Assembly (NCBI GenBank): GCA_030167865.1
Contig: JALAGF010003954.1
Location: 51,541 to 71,540, forward strand
Reading direction: 5' to 3'
Origin: Craspedostauros australis
Lineage: Eukaryota
Length of the DNA stretch: 20,000 nucleotides
Shown in pieces: positions 1 to 6,067 of this stretch (position 1 is the first letter of the stretch; each line of letters starts with the position of its first letter). The translations under genes were made by a program, and so were the position numbers. The notes under the pieces are model-generated. The model saw only the letters and a list, made by a program, of their open reading frames with translations, did not search any database and was not told the origin of the DNA.

Positions 1-351
1 GGGACCAACACGACCGCCGCATCCACCGCGTCATCCTCCAGCAGCAGCAAGAGCAACAGCGGCATCACCATCAAAACTGCCAGCAACAACCGCCGCGAAA
101 AGTCGAACGGCAAGTCCAGAGGCAAGCAGGCGCCGAAGAAACGCAAGCGCACCATGGAGGAATTGCTCACGGCTCTGAATGAGAAGTACCAGCAGGTCGG
201 CGTGCTGCACGCCGAGATGGGGTCGATCATCGGAGAGTTGCAGGACCAGGTGGCGGAGGTGGAATCCAGAACGCAGACGCGCAAGCAAATTCGTGCGGAG
301 GTTATCCGCGAAGTGCAGTCGGCCATCGCCACGACGCTCTTGCACAAGTGA
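1..351 (+). CDS. 3' end of a hypothetical protein (Ser-rich linker, PKKRKR NLS-like motif, C-terminal coiled-coil-like helix); 5'-truncated by the window
   Basis: Frame +1 is open from base 1 (GTNTTAASTASSSSSSKSNSGITIKTASNNRREKSNGKSRGKQAPKKRKRT) through the tracked ORF 154-351 (MEELLTALNEKYQQVG...) to TGA 349-351. Codon usage is GC3-rich, like the neighbouring genes. Confidence 0.65.
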   Translation, partial: GTNTTAASTASSSSSSKSNSGITIKTASNNRREKSNGKSRGKQAPKKRKRTMEELLTALNEKYQQVGVLHAEMGSIIGELQDQVAEVESRTQTRKQIRAEVIREVQSAIATTLLHK

Positions 352-468
352 AGACGCAATCGCACGAGTGCAGGGACTCGCACGTGCGGCAGCAGAATAG
401 AGCAAGCATAATCCATCGCATCGCGGTGCCAACAATAGAATCCGTAGCATGCAATGGAAAGGAAAGCG

Positions 469-853
469 AAAATCCTCTATTGAACCAAACATTGCAGATT
501 CCAGTTCACCGAGAAGTGGTTGCGATTCTTCTCGCTGTGCGGAGGGATGACGCAGGAATTGACAGGTCGTGCAGTTCCGAGTTCCGGATGAGATGTGTCA
601 GTGACGCGGTTTGCCATCATGTCACCATCACTGTGGTCGACAACAGTGCATTCCCTTCCATTGTTGTTGACGACGGACGGAGAATGGAGAATGAAGAACG
701 AAGAAAGGTTCATCCCCTTGCCCACCCACAGGTGACAACATGTGATGACTTGCGCGGAGTATTCGTGAAGTGGAAGGTGGAGGTGAAGGTACTACTACAC
801 TGAAGTCTCAACATCATTGGCTCCTGATTGAATCTAACCTCGATCAATAGATT
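469..853 (-). ncRNA. Candidate structured non-coding RNA (~385 nt), family unassigned
   Basis: Manual pairing on the minus strand: 851-824 pairs with 476-504 (~25 bp, including 4 G-U pairs). Inner stems: 749-743/619-613, 737-731/626-620, 731-726/636-631. Hairpin 534-528/516-510. TTTT follows the 3' arm (469-472). No convincing protein is encoded here. Confidence 0.4.
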
Positions 854-1264
854 GTCTAAACTTCCTTGTTTTTCCACTTGCTCGGTTGACTGATTCGACC
901 AAAACGTTTTTGGCGAAACAAGACGACGGCGGCAAGTGTCGGCGAAACAACCACAAATGCAGCAACACAACAACACCGTTGAAACGGCAAACAAGAAAAT
1001 GTACGACGTCTATCACGACCACAAACAAAAGCGCAAGAGTTGAAATTGCGACAACCCAAATTGCATGACCCAACCCCCCTCCTGACCATCATTATACACG
1101 ATAGAGTGTTCGCGCAGCCACAGACACGCAGCCGAACGAACCGATGGATGAGTAACAGGGAGCTTGGTGACCGTTGTTCGAAAGATACGCGTACTCCAAG
1201 GCAGTTTGAGAAGAAGGGGATTGCATCATTCGTATACTATTCTCAACGCAGACAAGCCAACGCG

Positions 1265-3997
1265 ATGAGCGGGGTTGACGTGGGAGCGTCGGTCATTGAT
1301 CTCACCGACGATGTTCCATCCAGCGGTGCGGCTGGTACCTCCACTCGCAAGCGAAACAGGAGCAGCAGATCCAGCAGCCGGAATCGATCTAGAAGCAGAC
1401 ATGGGCAAATGTACGATGAACACCATGATGATGCGCAGCAAGATGACGAAACGCCGATCGGAGCAGACATCAGCCCGGACGTTGTGGACATGGAAAGCAT
1501 CGAGTCCGATTCGCAGATGATGGAGACGATCATCGATTTTGAATTCGACATCACGGATGCCATGCACAATGTCCATGCCTATCATCGCAACCTGCGCAAG
1601 CGACGAAGAGAGCAGAAGGAGGAAGAGGCTGCACGGCAAAGGCGACAAAATGAAGCGGCGGCAGCAGCAACAACAAGAGCAAGAGCAAAGTCATCTGCCA
1701 ATGAAACATCGAACAGTCGATCTATGAATGATGCTGGCGAGATGGATCGAGGACGGTGTGCGAAAGGGACTGGTGAAGATGGTGGTGCATTAAGCAGAAA
1801 ATCGCATCGAAGTGACGGTCAAAAGGAGTCCACTCAAATACGGAAAGAAGAGAACAGCAGACACGCAACAGGGGCAGTGCATGCCCAGAACGGAATGAAG
1901 GAATCTAGCAGTGCTGATCATCAACAGCAATTTCCCGATGAGTCATCGACAGAGGAAGAGGTCACCGTGGTGGAGATCCTTGATGCTGATGAAAGCACTG
2001 CGATACACGTAACCCGTACGACTAAGAAAGCATGCATGAACAATGAAGCGGGCGGAAGTTACAGCAAAGACCACATGAAGAAATCGAATAAGAAGTCTGC
2101 GCCAGCGCTGAACAATGCAAACGAGAGTAGTCGCCAAGCCTCTCGCCAACATCAACAACACCGACCCAACAAATCGCAACCAGCGAAGTCGTCAGCGAAA
2201 CCAAAACGACAACGCGTGAAGTCAGCAGCATCAGCAGCTGCTGCTACATCCATGTCTGCGTCTCGGACTGGACCGGCACGGACATTCGTTCGTATGTCCA
2301 AGAAGATTGGTGATATGCACAGCAAGGATGGAGGCACAAACGATCGAGCGGGTAGCGGCAAAAGCAGCGATGAATGCAACAAGCCAAAGCAAGTTGATAG
2401 TGCGAAGCCACGATCTCAGCCTCCGTCTCAGCACAAACGTGACACTAACAAAGTCCTTGCTCCCATCACCATCGATATTGATGATGATGCTGATGATGGT
2501 CATGATGCTCGCTCCAGTCGCCTGAATAATCGTTCGGATACTCCTCAGGCTGCATGCAAAAGCAAAGGCAGCAAAAGCAAGAGCACCAAGACCAAGATCG
2601 TCGAAACTGTTGCTCCTGAAAGGCCGGCAACACGCAAACCAACAAGCAACCACGGCAAGCCAGGGAATCCAACACCCAAGAAGATCAATGTTGGATACCC
2701 TTCACGACAACCGCAGGTACAGCCACTCTCACGACTACCGAAGCGAGAAGAGGACCCACGACAACAACAACGACAACAACAACAACCACCACAGAAAGCA
2801 AACATCCCCACACTCTCAACCTCGGGAACAACGAAGCCATCAGCAGATAGCCAGCACGAAACTGCCTTCGTCATTCTCATTGATGATTCATCCGATGATG
2901 ACGACGACGATGATGAATTTGATGTTGGTAACGAAGAGGCTGATGCAACGAAAGACGTCGACAGCAAGCCCAGATCCACGCCGCAGCAATACGAAAGCAA
3001 CAAGCAAGCGAAGGAATCCACTGAACGCAATGGAGGCGTCAGTCCGAAGAAACCATCAGCGAAGCAACGGCCTCCTGCAAATACCATACCAGCGAAGGAT
3101 GCAGGAAGCAAAGCGAAAGTGCGAAATCGGGCTGAACAGGCTGCCGCCAATCGCAACGCTGCCCAACCGCGCATCTTCCGACCCAACATGAAGATGCGCA
3201 AGCGCGGTATGCCAAATTGCGTACAACAGAGGCAGAATCAGCAGCAACAGCAACAATCGACAACACAATCATCGGCGCACCAAGAGAGAAGACGTCAGGT
3301 CCCACCCACAAATCCACCACAATGGACAACTGCTGCTGCAGCCCATCGCGCCACACAGTTCCGTGCCAGCTCGCAAGCATATCCCCGAGCTCACACCACC
3401 ACACCACGACAGTACAACACCAGCCAAACATGGATGAATGCATCGTCCAGAGCAAAGAGGCCAACCAGGCCCGTCAATCCGGCGTTCCATAGAAAACCTG
3501 ATTTCCACAGCTATCAGATGTCTCATGAAGAGGCACTCAAGATGCAGGAACGCATGTTCGCGGAAGCAGCAGCTCGCGTCCGCTCCCAACATTCCCAATA
3601 TCAGCAACCGAGCGGTTACCAACATCAGAACCGCCATCATCAACAACAGCAGCAACAACAGCAGCAACGGCAACAGCAACAACATCGGGCTGGTCAGATG
3701 CCACATGGTTCTGCGACGACAAAAAACAATCAGAGCTCAAGTGAAAAGAGAAATATGACGTTCGCTGCGCCTGTCATCGATGTCGCAAATCGACATCCGA
3801 ACCATTGGAAATACACCTGCCGCTTCGCCCGATTGGGACTGCCGGTCGTGGCAACGTCCAAGCAGGTCAAGCTCCACTACCGAAAGCTGGTGCTGCTGTA
3901 CCATCCAGACAAATCCAAATCCAAAGCGACCGTCCTCAAGTTCCAGGCCATCACGGAGGCTTATCACTACATTTTGCGCAAGCGGGGGATGCGCTAG
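1265..3997 (+). CDS. Large intrinsically disordered protein (~910 aa) with a C-terminal DnaJ/J-domain (class C J-protein) and multiple SIM-like motifs
   Basis: Long uninterrupted ORF. The C-terminus RLGLPVVATSKQVKLHYRKLVLLYHPDKSKSKATVLKFQAITEAYHYIL is a J-domain with HPD at 3902-3910. The rest is low-complexity S/K/Q/D/R-rich with polyQ tracts. Start chosen at ATG 1265 (MSGVDVGASVIDLTDD); the tracked ORF begins at a non-ATG codon (1040), and in-frame ATG 1148 is an alternative. Confidence 0.85.
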   Translation: MSGVDVGASVIDLTDDVPSSGAAGTSTRKRNRSSRSSSRNRSRSRHGQMYDEHHDDAQQDDETPIGADISPDVVDMESIESDSQMMETIIDFEFDITDAMHNVHAYHRNLRKRRREQKEEEAARQRRQNEAAAAATTRARAKSSANETSNSRSMNDAGEMDRGRCAKGTGEDGGALSRKSHRSDGQKESTQIRKEENSRHATGAVHAQNGMKESSSADHQQQFPDESSTEEEVTVVEILDADESTAIHVTRTTKKACMNNEAGGSYSKDHMKKSNKKSAPALNNANESSRQASRQHQQHRPNKSQPAKSSAKPKRQRVKSAASAAAATSMSASRTGPARTFVRMSKKIGDMHSKDGGTNDRAGSGKSSDECNKPKQVDSAKPRSQPPSQHKRDTNKVLAPITIDIDDDADDGHDARSSRLNNRSDTPQAACKSKGSKSKSTKTKIVETVAPERPATRKPTSNHGKPGNPTPKKINVGYPSRQPQVQPLSRLPKREEDPRQQQRQQQQPPQKANIPTLSTSGTTKPSADSQHETAFVILIDDSSDDDDDDDEFDVGNEEADATKDVDSKPRSTPQQYESNKQAKESTERNGGVSPKKPSAKQRPPANTIPAKDAGSKAKVRNRAEQAAANRNAAQPRIFRPNMKMRKRGMPNCVQQRQNQQQQQQSTTQSSAHQERRRQVPPTNPPQWTTAAAAHRATQFRASSQAYPRAHTTTPRQYNTSQTWMNASSRAKRPTRPVNPAFHRKPDFHSYQMSHEEALKMQERMFAEAAARVRSQHSQYQQPSGYQHQNRHHQQQQQQQQQRQQQQHRAGQMPHGSATTKNNQSSSEKRNMTFAAPVIDVANRHPNHWKYTCRFARLGLPVVATSKQVKLHYRKLVLLYHPDKSKSKATVLKFQAITEAYHYILRKRGMR

Positions 3998-4237
3998 ATG
4001 GAGAGGACGAGATGGAGAGAGGGGGAGGGAGGAATATGTGGAGCCAGGAGGTCCGGAATGCACAAATGAACAAAAATGCCAGTGAAGTTCACTGGTGATA
4101 CTTAGAAATTAGCTACAGCCACATTCATCCACTCTCTTTTGTGCAGGCAGAGAAAAACAACGAATGACGCTGCGCAGTTTCATACTCGAAAGAGAGACAA
4201 ATCGAGAGAACATCGTCTTAGGAGAACTGCAGTAGAC

Positions 4238-4256
4238 GTAGTAGTAGTAGTAGTAG
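4238..4256. repeat. (GTA)6 microsatellite just downstream of the TruB stop codon
   Basis: gtagtagtagtagtagtag read directly. Confidence 0.9.
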
Positions 4257-4266
4257 CAACCGAGAA

Positions 4267-5349
4267 TCAAGCCTCGGAATCTGCAGCAGCGGCAGCATCC
4301 TCCAGCTTCGTCGTGCAACGATCGATCGCATCGAAGATTTCGTCGGGCGACCACTGATCTCTTGTCAAGCAATCTTCCGGTGTGAAGATGCCCTGCTTCG
4401 TCCGCTGCAACCGAACCGTGGTCGCCACGCTGTCCACGGCGTATGCAATATCGCGCACCAATGACCTCACGAATGTACCACCGCCGCACTCGATGTCCAG
4501 ATCAAACTTTGGGAGCTCGATGGTGTCGGGATCTTCATGCCCTCCTGCCGAGATGCTGTACACGTGCACGGGACGGGCATCGATCTTGATATCGTCCGTC
4601 GTCTTGCCTTCGCGAGCCGATTTGTAGAGCTTCTTGCCGTCCTTGCGGATGGCGCTGAAGATGGGCGGGATCTGCATGATCTCACCTCGGAAATCGGCCA
4701 AGGACTCGTGGATGGCATCTGCTGTGACATGATCGTACGGCGCCGTCTTCGTGATATTGCCTTCCCTGTCGAGCGTCGTGGTTTCGTACCCCAGCTCGGC
4801 CGTCGTGGAATACCGCTTGGGGCCCGTGAGGTATTGCTGCAGCTGCTTGGTGCCCTTGCCCACGCCGATGACAAGGACGCCGTAGGCAAGCGGATCGAGC
4901 GTGCCACCGTGTCCCACCTTGACGATCCTGCTCTTGTTCCGTCTGCTTCCCGGACGGACGGTCCTGGCACCTCTGTTTCTGGCATCGCGCTCCAGGATCC
5001 CGCGGATGTAGGACACGACGTCGCTGGATGTCCATTCGAGCGGCTTCTCCACAGCGAAGATGCCCTGCGTTCTGTACAAGGGAACGTCGTCGGAAAGTTT
5101 GGCATTGTCGCCATCCCTTTTCTTCTTCTGCTGCTGCTTCGAATCGGCAGCCGAGTCCGTCGAGAACAGATGAGTTGTTGCCGTTCTGGATTGCGCGTTG
5201 ACGATCCTCGTGGCGGACCTTGCAATGGTGTTCGCCACGGCAGCCGAACCCGACGATGCCAACGGAGAGATGCCTTGGAATCCTGTCACCGTCTGCACAC
5301 GGGCAGCTGCAACGGCTAGCGCAACCATGATGTTCCAACGCTTGTTCAT
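4267..5349 (-). CDS. truB: tRNA pseudouridine(55) synthase, TruB/Pus4 family, intronless, predicted plastid-targeted
   Basis: TruB motifs: GIFAVEKPLEWTSSDVV, KVGHGGTLDPLAYGVLVIGVG (catalytic Asp), KRY, PPIFSAIRKDGKKLY, CGGGTFVRSL, LQRTKQG. No C-terminal PUA domain. N-terminal signal peptide, then Phe, then an S/T/A/R-rich transit peptide. Confidence 0.95.
   Translation of the reverse strand: MNKRWNIMVALAVAAARVQTVTGFQGISPLASSGSAAVANTIARSATRIVNAQSRTATTHLFSTDSAADSKQQQKKKRDGDNAKLSDDVPLYRTQGIFAVEKPLEWTSSDVVSYIRGILERDARNRGARTVRPGSRRNKSRIVKVGHGGTLDPLAYGVLVIGVGKGTKQLQQYLTGPKRYSTTAELGYETTTLDREGNITKTAPYDHVTADAIHESLADFRGEIMQIPPIFSAIRKDGKKLYKSAREGKTTDDIKIDARPVHVYSISAGGHEDPDTIELPKFDLDIECGGGTFVRSLVRDIAYAVDSVATTVRLQRTKQGIFTPEDCLTRDQWSPDEIFDAIDRCTTKLEDAAAAADSEA
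5157..5349 (-). other. Bipartite plastid-targeting presequence (signal peptide, Phe at +1, transit peptide)
   Basis: MNKRWNIMVALAVAAARVQTVTG|FQGISPLASSGSAAVANTIARSATRIVNAQSRTATTHLFST. Phe codon at 5280-5278, and no acidic residues before HLFST. Resembles the ASAFAP-type motif of algae with complex red plastids. Confidence 0.75.
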
Positions 5350-5716
5350 TTCACTTGCTTGAAAGAGTGGATGGTGTTCTTGAATAGAGCACGACTAGAG
5401 GAGAGTAAAATAGAGTGGAATGCAATGCGCGCACGCTGTGGTGTTGCTGCAAGAGTACGACTATGGGGAGATGGGGTTCTTGTGATTTGTGCCACTGGTG
5501 ATTCGATGATGGGTGCGGTGGATGAGATTGATGATCGCAAATGATGTGTGCCGCGTACGAGCAGTTCTCGATCTTTGCGTTGGATTGATGTGTCTTCTTT
5601 GGTGGCTGGCATCAGTTATCGGATCACGGTTGAAGTGTCATTGTGGGACTCGTGTCAGAGAGTGGTCCAAAGAGTCCATCGTTCGACCACGTTGACCACA
5701 ATCCGTCGAAAAAAAT

Positions 5717-5757
5717 GGCGCGAAGCGATCGCTCATTTCTGCGATTCTGGCGCCAAA
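5717..5757. promoter_or_regulatory. E2F-like sites in the divergent truB/POLA2 intergenic region
   Basis: GCGCCAAA at 5750-5757 (reverse complement TTTGGCGC, matching the TTTSSCGC consensus) and GGCGCGAA at 5717-5724, about 310-350 bp upstream of the POLA2 ATG. Confidence 0.5.
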
Positions 5758-6067
5758 CATGGAAAACAACCACGACAACACGCGAGAACACTCACAAACA
5801 ACAATGCGTGGAAATACACGAAGAAGAGATCAATCGCCAGAAAACGAGAACAACAACCGCGGCACAATCCACAAGACTCCTGAAACAACAGGTTGAAGAA
5901 ACAAAGACAACCAAGACAAGATCAATCCTCTCACGGAAGAGATCACCGAGATCATCTTCATCGCAACATCGTGGCGACAACGCAACATCCAAATCGGCTT
6001 GAGACAAAGGAACGGGAACAACAAGCCGAGGTGATACGCAGAAGTCGATAGCAGAAAAAGCAGCACC

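Noticed and set aside
742-803. Plus-strand C/D box snoRNA (GTGATGA ... CTGA)
   Set aside because: No good terminal stem and no recognisable rRNA-antisense guide. G-U polarity favours a minus-strand structure.
700-803. U2-like GUGUAGUA and SRP-like AAGGGGAUGAACC words on the minus strand
   Set aside because: The flanking U2 5' sequence and Sm site are absent, as is the SRP helix-8 motif (CAGG..GNRA..AGCAG). These are short matches only.
348-1092. Short tracked ORFs (348-803, 477-725, 710-994 and others) as genes
   Set aside because: Most have non-ATG starts, none has a recognisable motif, and none shows the codon bias of the real genes.
1040-1264. N-terminal extension of the J-domain ORF
   Set aside because: It begins at TTG and reads like promoter/UTR sequence. 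ATG 1265 precedes the first SIM-like motif, although ATG 1148 cannot be fully excluded.
4382-5338. Long overlapping and antisense ORFs within truB (also within POLA2, UTP11 and the TTC38-like gene)
   Set aside because: Shadow ORFs are expected from GC3-rich coding sequence, and these show no independent protein features.
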